NCBI GenBank assembly: GCA_964016885.1
Contig: OZ024742.1
Span: forward strand, 45,756,001-45,820,000
Reading direction: 5' to 3'
DNA: 64,000 nucleotides
Source: Eledone cirrhosa
Lineage: Eukaryota
Shown here piece after piece: positions 23,769 through 38,294 of this stretch; the stretch's first letter is position 1, and every line of letters starts with the position of its first letter. The position numbers were made by a program, and so were the translations under genes. Under the pieces are notes generated by a model. That model had not been told where the DNA came from, did not search any database, and was given only the letters and a program-made list of their open reading frames with translations.

Positions 23769-24606
23769 GAGGACATGATATGAAGGCTAAAAAACACTTG
23801 TGGATAGGGCAGTTTTAAATCAACATATGAAAAGTAATTTTAGATTGATGTGTGATATTGGGAAAAATATTTTATTTAGAGAGGGGGGGTGGAAAGGATG
23901 AAAAAAGGGGAGGAGATGAGAGTGAAGGTGGAGAGGGAGAGATGGGTGATAGAGAGAAAGAGATAGTTTTTATAACTGAGAAAAGATATATTGTTTTACA
24001 TAGAGAGGTTGAAAACCGTTGGAAGATAATGTATAAATTAAAAGAATTTGAAAATTAACGAAGGGAAAAATATGTACGAAGAAGGAGAGGGAGTTAATAT
24101 GTATTGAGATTAAAAAGTTTGATGATAGAGAGAAAAAAATAATAATTGCGGATGAATATTCTAACGTCAAAAAAATTGTGTGTATGTTTACAAGTATTAT
24201 GGAAATTTGAAAATTAACGAAGAGAAAAAAATTATTAAGGTTTGTGTATTGAAGGATTTGAGAAAAATAATGTGAAGTTAAGGTTTGTATATTGAAGGAA
24301 TTGATAATATGTGCGAAGAAAGAGTTAATATGTATTAAAAAATTATTAAGGTTTGTGTATTGAAGGATTTGAGAAAAATAATGTGAAGTTAAGGTTTGTA
24401 TATTGAAGGAATTGATAATGTGTGCGAAGAAAGAGTTAATATGTATTAAGAATGAGTTAGATGATGGGGAGAAAAAAATAATAAATTAAGGATGAATAAT
24501 CTAGCGTCAAAAAACAACTTCTATACATTAACTTGCTCCTTAACGGTTGAGCGCTTACTCTCATATTGGATACCTTCTGATGGTCTTTTACCTCTTCTTC
24601 TACAAC

Positions 24607-26996
24607 ATGGATTATTACAACATAACCAACTAAAGACATTCCTATACCTGGTAAATCTGAATTCACCAAACTTCTAATTGAAAAAACTGACTCCTTCGTA
24701 AGAAGACTTAGATGGATAGCCTATTTCTATGACCAGCGCCTAAAAGGGAACTTCTATACCAAAGAACATAACTTCCTCGATCATCTATTTAATTCTAGAA
24801 GAAATCCTCCTTCCAACAAAAATCTAGTGCAATTCGAGGAAGAGTTAACTAAAATAATAAAAAATCTTAAATTCAAGAGATACCCTTACAAAGGACAAGA
24901 GCACCTTGTAAATCTCAAGAACACAATTTCTAACCTAAATTCCTCAAAAAATGTTTTAGTCCACTCTGAAAAAACCAATAACTTATATGGTATTTCCAAG
25001 GATAATTATAACAACCTTATCCTAAAGGAACTTAGGAAAAAGTATCGTAAAACCAACCATGAAAATTTAGAATACATAAACCTTGAAGCCTCTGAGATTA
25101 TGTCAAAACTTGGCATTGAAAAAAAGACCGAACCATTCGTCCCAAGAACTCCGAGGATAAATCTCAAGGATCACAAAAACAATTTTCGCACTGAACTACC
25201 TGTTAGATTAATCGCCCCCTCTAAATCTGATCTGGGGGTTGTTAGTAAAGCCATGTTGGATAGAATTATCCCACAGGTTAGTTATAATTGCTCTTCTTTG
25301 AACCTAAATTTATGGTTTGGTACTTCTGAAGTGATTGGCTGGTTCAACAAATTGGATAATAAAAACAAACTAAAATTTATTCAATTTGATATTGCCAGCT
25401 ACTATTCCTCCATTTCGCCTTCACTTCTCAATAATGCTCTATCTTTCGCACTTAAATATTCTGACATCACCACAGATGAACTTCACATCATCCTCACCGC
25501 ACGTAAAACCATCCTAGAGTTCAACAACGAATATTGGACCAGAGCCGATACCTCTAACAACTTCGACATCACAATGGGAGCATCCGATTCATCCCAATTG
25601 ACTGATTTAATTGGTATCTTTATTTTGAACTCTTTGAGTCGGAAAATTCCTCAACTTCGCGGTGGAATTTATCGTGACGATGGACTCTTTACTATCTTAA
25701 ATTGCAATATAGTTAACCTTAATATTATTAAGAACAATATACGTAATCTCTTTAACCAACATAACCTAAAAATTGAATTTGATAACAGTATCAAACTAGC
25801 TAATTTCTTGGATGTATCTCTTAATCTTGACACTGGCCTATATTACCCTTACCATAAAAACAATGAGAACCTAAATTATGTTAACTTTAAATCTAACCAT
25901 CCTACCAATATCAAGAATGCTATAGTTAGTAATATTGGAAAAAGAATATCTAACATATCTTCTAATAAAAACATCTTTGATGCTAACGCCAATTACTATA
26001 ATAACGCACTTTCTAAAGCCGGCTATCCTGACAAAATCAAATATAGTAAAGAAACAAATTCTAGGAAAACTTACAGTAGAATAATTAATCATGATCATTC
26101 CAATAACTTCAATAAAAGACCTAGATACAAAAACATAATCTGGTATAATGCTCCTTTCTCCATCTCTATTAATAACAATATTCCTAAATTATTCTTTAGT
26201 GCCTTAAATAAATGCTTCCCTCCCTCACATATCTATAGTAAAATATTTAACAAACACACCATAAAATTTTCTTATTCTACATCCTCCAATATTTCCAACA
26301 TTATCTCTAAACACAACAATAAAATACTAAATACTAAATCTCTTCCTTCCAACACTGAATTTCATAATAACAGTAATAGTACTCCCGACGTCATTGTAAA
26401 CCCTAGGCTAATTTCTGTAAACCCAAATACAACGTCAAACACAACTTCGCTAAATGTTCATAATCCAACTCTAAATCAAGAAACTATTATTCCTATCGCA
26501 AACAACTTCTCCAATCCAATTCCTTCTATAGATAACACTAGGTCACTCATTAATAATCTCTCTAATTGCAACTGCCGCATTAAAAATAAATGTCCTCTCA
26601 ACAACCATTGTCTTGATAAAAACTTAATTTATGAATGTAAAGTTATAACTAGCACCAAATTCCTTCACCTATTTTGGCTCCACTTCCACCTCTTTTAAAG
26701 CTTGTCTCTATAATCATCATTCATCTTTTAAATACAAACTTAAAAGAACCAACACGGCTCTCTCAGAACTCATATGGTCCTTGAAAGACAAAAACATTAA
26801 ATATACCATCTTTTGGAAGAAGGTTTCTTCTGCATCCTCATACTTGAACAGCTCTCTATCTAAAATCTGTAATCTCTGCCTAAATAAAAAATTTACCATT
26901 ATCTCTAATCTAGATTCTATAATAAATAGACGTACAGATTTGTTTTCTATCTGCCTGCATAAATTCCATAGGACTTTTCACAAAGTATACAGCTAA
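24607..26996 (+). pseudogene. PLE reverse transcriptase-GIY-YIG endonuclease ORF, frameshifted near 24625 and 26655
   Basis: N-terminal TKDIPIP...RRLRWIAYFY; RT motifs LKDHK, IQFDIASYY, ITMG, IYRDDG, NFLDV, SNHP; linker CNCRIKNKC (CxCx5C); IY...YFGST, NHHSSF, LSELIW, CNLC, INRR. Confidence 0.9.
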
Positions 26997-27921
26997 TATT
27001 CAATTCTTTATCAATTTAGAATCTTTTCTCAAAGGCACATATACATACACCTCTTTTAAAATATACCCATCTTCCTACCTTACTTCAAAGGGTATTATAC
27101 ACTCTATAATACTTGTTTACTCATTACCCTCACTCTATCTTCACCTTGTAAATTCCTTCGTAACATATACATTTGTTTTTTGACGCTAGATTATTCATCC
27201 TTAATTTATTATTTTTTTCTCCCCATCATCTAACTCATTCTTAATACATATTAACTCTTTCTTCGCACATATTATCAATTCCTTCAATATACAAACCTTA
27301 ACTTCACATTATTTTTCTCAAATCCTTCAATACACAAACCTTAATAATTTTTTAATACATATTAACTCTTTCTTCGTACATATTATCAATTCCTTCAATA
27401 TACAAACCTTAACTTCACATTATTTTTCTCAAATCCTTCAATACACAAACCTTAATAATTTTTTTCTCTTCGTTAATTTTCAAATTTCCATAATACTTGT
27501 AAACATACACACAATTTTTTTGACGTTAGAATATTCATCCGCAATTATTATTTTTTTCTCTCTATCATCAAACTTTTTAATCTCAATACATATTAACTCC
27601 CTCTCCTTCTTCGTACATATTTTTCCCTTCGTTAATTTTCAAATTCTTTTAATTTATACATTATCTTCCAACGGTTTTCAACCTCTCTATGTAAAACAAT
27701 ATATCTTTTCTCAGTTATAAAAACTATCTCTTTCTCTCTATCACCCATCTCTCCCTCTCCACCTTCACTCTCATCTCCTCCCCTTTTTTCATCCTTTCCA
27801 CCCCCCCTCTCTAAATAAAATATTTTTCCCAATATCACACATCAATCTAAAATTACTTTTCATATGTTGATTTAAAACTGCACTATCCACAAGTGTTTTT
27901 TAGCCTTCATATCATGTCCTC

Positions 27922-27995
27922 CTGTTTTATCTGATGAAAACACAAATATTATTGCATGATGATGTTTGTTTTTGAAATGCGCATAATAAAATACA
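27922..27995 (+). ncRNA. Type I hammerhead ribozyme in the PLE 3' pLTR
   Basis: ttttat-CTGATGA(27931-27937)-long A/U-rich stem II-GAAA(27974-27977)-palindromic stem III ATGCGCAT-AUA cleavage after 27985-ataaaa. Confidence 0.85.
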
Positions 27996-28119
27996 TGGAA
28001 CTCCTTTAACCATCTTTTGATCTTATATATTATGTATACTCCAGTCCTACAAACTGTAGAGTGCTTCTTATCCGATATCTGCATTGCTTTATTGTACTAC
28101 AATAAAACTCACCTCCTAC

Positions 28120-28162
<43 letters not shown>

Positions 28163-28185
<23 letters not shown>

Positions 28186-31100
28186 AAAATGAGGGTTTTT
28201 TTTAAATGAAAAAAAACGAGATGTCCTACACGAGTGAAAGTATAAGGAAAAGAAATTGAAAATGCAACTGGAATCTTTTAAAGGATATTTATTTGTTTCA
28301 CAGTTCTAAGTTGAATTGAGGTGGTGAGAGCAGTCCTCAGATTGCTGAAACTCACGGAGGAGATGACGAAGGATCGTGACCTCATCCTATCTTCAGAAAC
28401 CGTCAAAAAATATAAATATATGCGTAACCGGCAAATTTACAAATTCAAATTACAACATCAATAATAATATTAATAATAAAGATATAGAGAAAAAAAAAGA
28501 AAAAGAAAGGGAGATAGATATAGTAAAGAGAGAAAGGAGGGGAAGAAGAAAGGCGAAGAAGGAAAAAGAAAAAGAGATAGAGACAGAAGAAGAAGAAGGA
28601 GAAATTATTACAGCTAAAAATAAGATGTATAGAAAAACACAAGTAAAGATAGCGTAGGATAGAGAGGAGAATGTGGGGATACAAATGGATGAGTATGATA
28701 GATAAAGACAAGTAGAACCAGGATAGAGAGAAGAAGGTAGAGGGGAAATAGATGAATAAACGTTAATACGTGAATAAATGTAAGTAAAAATAAAGATAGA
28801 TATATAAAAATATATGAGGAGATAAATGAAAAAATATATAAAAAATTGATAGATAAGTAAATAAGTAAATAAATAAATAAATAAATGAATAAGTTACATC
28901 TAATGTAATATAAAATGGTATAATATGTGAAAAGTGAAGATGAAATAAATAAAAAAAAATATGTAAAAGAAGTAAAAAAGTACGAAGGATATTTAAACAT
29001 GTTAAGATTATTGAGAATAGTTTTTGATAATTCTTAAATATATGGATAGATATTAAGTTGAAAATATGATAATGTTAAATACATTTATGTGTGTATTGGT
29101 TATTTTAATAAGTAAATTAACTAGTTTTAAGATATATTATATGATAAGATAAAATGACCAAGGTGAAATAAGTTTAGGGAGAGGAATGCGACGATAGAGA
29201 GTGAGAGATAGAGATATATAAAATAAGAATGTAAATATAATAGGTTTTGATGCTGTTCTTTGGTAATTATAATGGTGAAGATGCTGCTGATAATGTGATA
29301 TCGTAGTAGATCCAAGTGGTATAATCAGGGTTATGGAATAGATAAGATAGAATTAAGTTGGTCTAAAGTTCTCGAATTTCGTTGCTGATTTATGTCGACA
29401 CAAAATAGTTCGTTCAATTTTACTATTAAGAAGAATCTTTTTGAAATTTAGAAATTGGAAAAGTTCCATATTACAGAGACTGCAATGGGACATACCAATT
29501 TGATAGTTTTGTCCAGCTGATTTCATATTCTATGTTTGCATTCTTGAGTTGCCAGATTTTGTTGGCGAGAGTTGTTGTATTCGAGAGATTCTTGTTAATC
29601 ATAGAATGTCTATATACGTACCGCCTTTTCTTAAATTCACCAGCTGTGGAACCAATGTAATACCATGCCAAACTACCTGAATTTATAGTACATAGGTATA
29701 CTATGTTTGTCTCTAGGCATCTGTTTTGTAAAGGGCATTTGTCAGGTAGATGGCAGTTACATTTAGATGCTTTTCTATGCGCCGGTTCTTCTAAATGGTT
29801 TTGCAGGTTGCTATGTATGGGCTGAGAATTGGGTTTGTTGATGTATTGTGGTGATGTGCTCTGACGTGTGTTTGGTTGTGATGATGTTATATGCTTGTGT
29901 TTTGTATTAGGTGTTATGGTACTTAATTGCGGGCTACTTGAATTATAAATTCTTTTATAGTTAATTTTATGAATGTGCGATTCTATGTTGTTGGCAGTGG
30001 AGTATGATAGTTTGATAGTTTTTCTATTAAAGATTTGATGATATTTATGAGTTTTAGGGAAGTGTTTGTCAACTAATTTGAAGAAAGTGAAAGGTAGCTT
30101 AGTTTTTATAGAGGAGTTTTTATAGAGGAGTGAAAGGTAGCTTAGATTTTATAGAGGAGTTAAACATTGGATTAAACCATAAGTAGTTTCTATTTCTGCA
30201 TCTTCTATGGTTATTAGTGGTTTTTATATTAGCATTCTGTTCATTTAAATTACGTGATTGCTGCTAATTTCTATGTTTAGCCCTTGGTTTGTTGTTCCTA
30301 TAGGTATTATAGTGTTATTAATATTAAGTGTGTTGCTATTTTTTGTATCTGGTATGCATTTGAGTCGCTCTTTATGGTCTGCCTTAAGTAAAGCTATGTT
30401 GTAGTAATTAGCGTGTTCATTAAAAATGTCTATGTTAGTAGATAGGCACGATATTCTAAGAGATATACTATGTGCTATGGAGTTAATTATGGATCTAGGG
30501 TGGTTAGAGTTATAATCAATGTAAGCTAAATTTTCATTATTCTTGTGGAAGGGTTCTATTAGTCCTGAGTTAAGGTTGAACGATACATCCAAGATGTTGA
30601 CTCTTTTAGAGTTGGGTTCAAAAGTAATGCTAAGGCCTAAATTATTAAAGAATTTTCTAATCTTTTTCCTTAATCTTTCTAAGTTTTGGTTATTTAAGTT
30701 TCTAGCTAAAAGTAGTGTATCATCTCTATAGATTCCTCCTTGTAGGTTATCAAAATCTCTATGTAAGAAATGTGCTATATAAATTCCAACCAAGTCTGTG
30801 ATTTGGGCTGAATCATTTGATCCCATAGTTATATCGAAGTTATTCTGTCTATTTTTACGCTCCCAGTAGCTATTGTCAAATTTAATGATTGTTCTTCTAG
30901 CAGCTAGTATTATTTTAATTTCATCTGGTGAAAGATTCAGAGTTTTTTGTGGAAAGGATAGTGCCTTATTTAGGGTGACTGGGGAAATAGAGGAGTAGTA
31001 GTCATTTGGCCTTACTCAGTATGTAGGAAAGGTGTAGGTAGGAACTCCATTCTCTGCCCCAAATGCAAACAATGGGTACACAAGAGATGTAGCGAGATCT

Positions 31101-32468
31101 CAGGAAGCTTAATTAAGAATGTAGGCTTCACATGTAGCAGCTGCGCTGGGACAACAAGCAGCAAATAGCCACAGGAAACAAACTCTGGGAGGGCTCTGTA
31201 GAAACAGTAGACAACTTCTGCTACCTAGGTGACCGAATTTGCAGCGGAGGTGGGTGTTCAGAAAGTACAATAACTAGGGTAAGAACGGGATGGAAGAAGT
31301 TCAGGGAGCTACTGCCACTGCTAGCTGCAAAAGGCTTTTCCCTCAAAATGAAAGGCAGACTGTATGATGCGTGTATACAAACAGCAATGTTACATGGTAG
31401 TGAGACCTGGGCGCTGAAGGTGGAAGACTTACATAGATTAGAAAGAAACAAAGCTTGCATGCTCCGATGGATGTGTAATAGTAATATACGCGAACGACAA
31501 AGCATAAATGAATTGAGAGAGAGACTGAGCATAAGAGAAATCAAATGCTGTGTGCAGGAGAGGCGGTTGCATTGGTATGGGCATGTGATGCGTATGAAGG
31601 ATGACAGCTGCATAAAAAGGTGCAGAGCACTAGAAGTCAATGAAAACCGCGGAGTGGGGAGACCCAAGAAGACCTGTGATGAGGTGATAAAAGCCGACCT
31701 TACCCAATTACACCTCTCAAAGGCAATGACACACGACCGTGACCTCTGGCGTCACGCAGTAATGCAGATTACCTGACCTCCCGTGGTTACAAGCTGAAGC
31801 ATATAGACAATATGCCCCCACACCCTCCCACTGCAAAGTGGTCGTGGAGGTGCCACAGCAAAAAAAGCACCCAGCCCACACTGTAAAGTGGACGTGTAGG
31901 CGCCACGGAAAAAAGCACCCAGCACTCACTGTAAATGAGGTTGGTGTTAGGAAGGGCATCCAGCTGTAGAAATAAAGCCAGAATCAGTTCCTGTATGAGC
32001 AAGACAAGGTCAGCCAACCAGACACTGCCCACAACAGGACAACCCGTCTAACCCATGCTAGCCTGGAAGAATGGATGTAAAACGGTGATGATGATGATGA
32101 TGATGTATAAAGTCGGAAGATCCTCTATTGTCTAATGTATTAAACCAATTTATTGCTTCATTTGTGTTACCCCATAGCTTGATTATTAGTCGTTCTTTAA
32201 TTTGTGGTATTATTCTATCTAGTATAAACTTACTATTTTCTGCCTATATCTGATTTTGATGGACATATTAATCTAATAGTACGGTTAGTTTCGAAGTTAC
32301 ATTTATGATCCTTCAGAATAAAAATGGGTTCACAAGGGGTTAGGGGTTCGGTTCTATTGGATATTTTAAGTTTTTTTACTATGTTAAGACCTTCCTTGTT
32401 AATGCTGTAGTTTTATTGTATTTTTTATGTAATTCGCGGCGTATAAAATTGTTGTATGTATTAAGGCT

Positions 32469-32470
<2 letters not shown>
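28163..32470 (-). mobile_element. Second, degenerate Penelope-like element interrupted by an RTE insertion
   Basis: 32105-32470 encodes ILKDHK...IRLICPSKSDIG...ILDRIIPQ; below 31003 it continues DYYSSISP, ITMGSND, GGIYRDD, SNHP, CNCHLPDKCP, YYIGST...FKKR (GIY-YIG); 3' end abuts (TA)n. Confidence 0.88.
31004..32104 (+). mobile_element. 5'-truncated RTE LINE nested in the PLE RT domain
   Basis: ORF 31348-31776 and 3' UTR near-identical to 19820-20580. Confidence 0.93.
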
Positions 32471-32501
<31 letters not shown>

Positions 32502-32547
32502 TATGGAATGCTGTTCGCTTTTCGCTGCAGTGTTTTCTATACCTTTC

Positions 32548-32616
<69 letters not shown>

Positions 32617-32749
32617 GATACATATATACACATATACACATATATATATATATATACACATACACACATATATATATACACACACACATACACCCACACC
32701 CACATATATAAATATACACACATATATTTATATATCATCATCATTCATC

Positions 32750-33075
32750 ATCATTTCATTTTATGTCCGCTTTTTCCCTGCTTGCAAGGGTGGGACGGGA
32801 ACTGATTCTGGCTTGATTTCTACAGCTGGATGCCCTTGCTAACACCAACCTCATTTACAGTGAGTGCTGGGTGCTTTTTTGCCGTGGCACCTCCACAACC
32901 ACTTTGCAGTGGAATGATAGGGACCCCAGTCCCTATCATCTCATTTCTACAGCTGAGTAAACTGGAGCAATGTGAAATAAAGTGTCTTGCTCAAGGAAAC
33001 AACACATCACCCAGTCTGAGAATTGAACTCACAACCTTTCGATTGCAAGGCCAATGCTCTAACCACTAAGCCATG
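32750..33075 (-). mobile_element. tRNA/CORE-like SINE
   Basis: Near-identical to the reverse complement of 2056-2380. Confidence 0.88.
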
Positions 33076-33169
33076 TGCCTCCATATATATATATATATAC
33101 ACACAAATGCATACATACATATACATACATACAAACATACACACACATTTTCATACATACAAGTATGCT

Positions 33170-33645
33170 TATACAAGTAGAAAAGGCAAGTAGGTAAAGA
33201 GTACTTACATAACTGGAGTACTGTGAGGCGGACCGAAAGAGGGCGTAAGTTGAGGTAGGGGTTGGGGTGGTATGGAGCAGGAGGGGATATTATGTCGAGT
33301 GAGGTGTTTTTTGAAACTATCATTCTGGGGCCAGGACTGGTTTGTAGGATTTATATGTTGCACTTTTTTGTGCATGCAGTTCGGGCAGTGTTCAGAGAGT
33401 TTGTTCAGTGTTGGGCCCTTGGCAAATAGTATTTCATAGTTCTCTGATATACAAAGGTCACAGCACTTGTGTCCTCCTATGTATGAATGCACTCTCTGGA
33501 GTAGTTCCATTTGAGTGGGAAAGAAGTGGAATTCCTCTTGAGGTCCCAGACATAATCAGAGAGTGTTGTTTGGTTGGATTTGTCCGGTCTTCTGAACGAG
33601 CGGGTATGGGCATATCACTGGGTTTTAAATTTGTCGGATGTCATG
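33170..33645 (-). mobile_element. PLE 3' fragment (GIY-YIG C-terminus)
   Basis: HTRSFRR...TTLSDYVWDLK and CDLCISE...TLNKLSE..NCMHKK, parallel to the PLE1 C-terminus. Confidence 0.75.
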
Positions 33646-33859
33646 TTTTTGGTTATTGTCAATGCCTATATAATAGGAAAAAACAAGGAAGTTTCATTTA
33701 CATATGAAAAATATTTATTGTGTATCAACCTGTTATGCACGTTTCGCAGAGGATTGGCTCAAGGTAACCCATAGGAGTTATGGACCCGACTCCAGTATCG
33801 ATTTGCACATAGAATGCTTGATTTGGTACCAACATCAGTATTTCACTGTACTACCCACA

Positions 33860-33895
<36 letters not shown>

Positions 33896-33898
<3 letters not shown>

Positions 33899-34203
33899 CA
33901 AAAGGAATATTTAATTTGTTGGTAATTCAACAAATATATATATTTATAACTGATTCGAAGCACTCGACAGGTTTTCTGGAGTATAATATCAATGATATTA
34001 ATAAATGGAAACTATATTTATAAAGCCATATTTATTCTATTATATATATTTCAAGGGTACCAAAACTTTGGTACGCTCTCATCAGATAAAATACAAAGTT
34101 TGTTTTATAAATATTGACATATCGAGGAAGGAGATCTTAACGGTTCAAGTTTTTCCAGGAAAAACTTGAACCGTTAAGATCTCCATTTATTTAATATCAT
34201 TGT
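33896..34203 (-). mobile_element. Solo pLTR-like element in (TA)n with an HHR and a perfect 55-bp palindrome (34130-34184)
   Basis: ggagatcttaacggttcaagtttttcc-a-ggaaaaacttgaaccgttaagatctcc; HHR listed separately. Confidence 0.7.
34033..34093 (-). ncRNA. Type I hammerhead ribozyme
   Basis: Minus strand: tattttat-CTGATGA-gagcgtacc(aaagtttt)ggtaccctt-GAAA-TATATA-TA-atagaata; palindromic stem III ATATATAT. Confidence 0.85.
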
Positions 34204-34215
34204 ATATATATATAT

Positions 34216-35050
<835 letters not shown>

Positions 35051-36269
35051 TATATATATAGAAGGCTGGACTGGAAAATATACTTTAGAATTTTAATTTC
35101 GCGAAATCATTATATAATTTCTATGGCCTAGCTTCATTATTATGATGCAAGACAAGGCAATCTCATCAGGTGTCATCTGGAGAATCATGTAACAGGATTA
35201 TGTTGAACCCTAACATATAATGGAAGATAGGGAAAATAGAAAATAGAAAATAGAAAATAGAAAATAGAAAATAGAAAATAGAAAATAGAAAATTTGATTC
35301 GAATACATTGTTATATCAATAGCAGATGGTCCCCGAATGACACCTGATGCCAGCTTTGTGCGCTGGTAGGTGTGGTGGAGGGGGTATGGGCGGCCAAGTG
35401 GTGACATAGACACATCGGTCTTAGAGAATATCACTCCTTAAAATAGTCATGGCTACACTGTTGCAGAGATCAAAAGGTATTAATCTGTTGGTTACCTTTC
35501 AGACAAGTCAGTCTACCACGATGGTATTTAAAGAGGTGTAAACCTATATAAAGTTTAGAGATAGAAAAAAATGATAATAATATTGCCTAGAAAAGAGTAG
35601 GTGTTCTAACAATTATAAGGTTGTAAGTTTGCACTGATAAAAAGAATTATGAAATAAAGGAATTATTGAAAACAATAAAGTTTACTAGAACTTGTTATTT
35701 TTTAAATTTCTAATGGCCTGGATTTACGAACATACATTAAGGGGTTGTCAAGCTATTTCGTGTATGTATATGTTGCGCTAGTGCTAAGGGCTAAAATTGG
35801 TGTGGTTTATTTTCAACTGGTCTGATAGTCCAGTATATCATTGTGAAGTCCAAAGTAAATAGGTTACTAGTGACTGAAAAGTGAAAAGTGAAAAGTGAAG
35901 GGAGGGGAAAATTGATTAATTAATTAGTCAATATCAAGCACTCAAGGTCATAGCCAAAGTTAGTCTGAACAACGCGTTACTCAAAAGACCACACATTACT
36001 GGTCGATGGACTAGCACACCTTACCGAAGCCCAAATATTGATAAAATGATATGAAGATAGATATATAGGTAGCATATTACATTTCCTAGGTTGCTGTCAT
36101 TTTTTCATCATCATTTTACGTCCGCTTTTCCCTGCTTGCAAGGTGCTTTAAATTAAGAGAGAGAGGTTACACATAGTCAAACTTAGTTAGAAAATATAAG
36201 TGTATAGTTGAAGGTATTCCTGAAGTTTAACTTAAATTAAATTAAACTAAGTTAAATTAAATTAAAACC

Positions 36270-37530
36270 ACTGCTACTTCACAGTAGAGTCTCTGCTAAG
36301 TGTTTGACAAAGAGATGTAGGGAGATTATCAAGTCCAAGTTAGCTGACAAACAGTATGGTTTTCACCCCGGATGTAGCAGCCAACCAAATATTCACGCTA
36401 CAGCAGGTCTTTGAGAAATCACAAAATTAATGCCAATAGGTGTATGCTTGTTTCATAGACCTCAAAAAGACATATGACCATGTTCCATGAAACTTGTGGA
36501 AGGTTCTGCACAGGTATGGGATCAATGGACAGCTTCTTGTTGCCCTGATGTTTATATATGAATGGGTGGGTGTAGGATCAGTGGGCTGGAAGTTGCAGAC
36601 CTTGTGCCAAAAGTAGAAACAATTATTATATATAGGGCGTTGGATTGGCAGTATTTGCAGAGGCTCGGACGCCATGCTTTGCAGCATAGAGTTACATCCT
36701 TTTATGGTCTGAGCTCAAATCCCGCCATGGTTAACTTTGCCTTTCATCCTTACGAGGTTGATAAAATAAAGCTCCAGTAATGCACTGGGGTAATTGCTGG
36801 CCTTGTGTCAAAAGTAGAAACAATTATTTAACTCATCAAAAGGTGATCTCCAACATGCACTTGATGGGTTTGATGCTGAGTGCTGCTCCACTGGAAGGAC
36901 ATTGACAGTATCTTTCATTAGAAATATGGTAATGAAATGAATAATGACATAGACAGTGTCTTTCATTAGAAATATGGTAATTGCAGAGTTAAGGGATTAA
37001 GAACTAGTTTGATGTTTTGGCTTCCATCTCTTTGTACAGCCTTATATATGAATTAAACTCATAAGGAACTCCTCTCGTAATTTTTTATGTTCACAATTAA
37101 GATAGTCATCAACAAAAATTTGCAGACTGTCATCTACATGTGGAGTGGGTGGTAGTTTTTTAGTCTCTTTTTGCTCTGCAACTCTTTCTTGTTCTAATAT
37201 CAGCTTCACGTTGAACTTCCCAAGGGTGGTGGATTGGCAATATCAGTAGGGGGTTGGATGCCATGCTTTGCAGCATAGAGTTATGGCCCTTTATAATCTG
37301 AGCTCAAATCCCGCCACGGTTAACTTTGCCTTTCATCCTTACGAGGTTGATAAAATAAAGCACCAGTAATGTACTGGGGAAATTGCTGGCCTTGTGCCAA
37401 AAGTAGAAACAATTATTTAACTCATCAAAAGGTGATCTCCAACATGCACTTGATAGGTTTGATGCTGAGTGCTGCACCACTGGAAGGAAAATCAGTTCTA
37501 TGAAGACTGAGACTCGTCTTCTCAAGGAAG
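36270..37530 (+). mobile_element. Old RTE-type RT fragments interrupted by SINEs, with a ~260-bp local duplication (36640-36900 / 37230-37490)
   Basis: KQYGFHPG, CFIDLKKTYDHVP, LQHALDGF; duplicated SINE plus downstream flank. Confidence 0.65.
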
Positions 37531-37814
37531 CCTGTACATCAACCTGATGTGTAGCCCAAATATATATTTCATTGGAAGACTTTCTCTATGTCAACCTTTA
37601 AATCATTCAACATGATACTTAATTGTGAATCTTAGCAAGTTTATTACACATAAGTTGTAATTTAAGAATACTTCCTAATTTTATTTACATTAAACTAAAG
37701 TAATTAATTTTCTTCTTAATTTATTTTTATTTAGTTGATCCTTTGTTTTATTTTTTAAAAACAGTTCACACCCCGTACCCACACTCCTCCACCCACATAC
37801 ATATACATATTCAT

Positions 37815-38165
37815 ATCATCATCATCACCATTTTACGTCCATTCTTCCATGTTAGCATGGGTTAGATGGGTTGTCCTGTTGTGGGCAGTGCGTGGTCGGC
37901 TGACTTTGTCTTGCTCATATGGGAACTGATTTTGGCTTGATTTCTACAGCTGGATGCCCTTCCTAACACCAACCCCATTTACAGTGAGTGCTGGGTGCTT
38001 TTTTTTCCATCGCGCCTACACGACCACATTACAGTGTGGGCTGGTTGCTTTTTTGCCATGGCACCCCCAGGACCACTTTGCAGTGGGAGGGTGTGGGGGC
38101 ATATTGTCTATATGCTTCAGCTTCAATTTGTACCTGTGGGAAGTCAGGTCTTCTGGATTACTACG
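37815..38165 (-). mobile_element. RTE 3' UTR fragment
   Basis: Matches 11815-12170. Confidence 0.85.
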
Positions 38166-38252
38166 TGATATATATATATACACACATTCAGTTTTTGTAT
38201 TTGAAAACAAACTTCTCTCTCTCCCTCTCTCTCTCTTTTACCTCTCTCTCAC

Positions 38253-38291
<39 letters not shown>

Positions 38292-38294
38292 AAT

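Larger units (their letters stand above)
23657..28122 (+). mobile_element. Near-complete Penelope-like element (probably Hydra-clade-like) with 861-bp inverted pLTR copies (23657-24517 and 27173-28033)
   Basis: RT + C-terminal GIY-YIG ORF; arms mirror exactly (identical spurious ORFs 23852-24058+ and 27632-27838-); HHR in each arm; flanked by (TA)n. Confidence 0.9.

Noticed and set aside
28285-28405. Hammerhead in the PLE2 3' region (CTGAAGA/CTGAGGA and GAAAC on the minus strand)
   Set aside because: Could not build consistent stems I and III
33720-33845. Hammerhead-like GAAACGTGCATA and CTGATGT on the minus strand
   Set aside because: Core is incomplete and stem I does not pair
35095-35375. 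CTGATGA (minus, 35163-35169) and a 13-bp inverted match at 35337
   Set aside because: No matching stem I 3' strand or valid NUH site found
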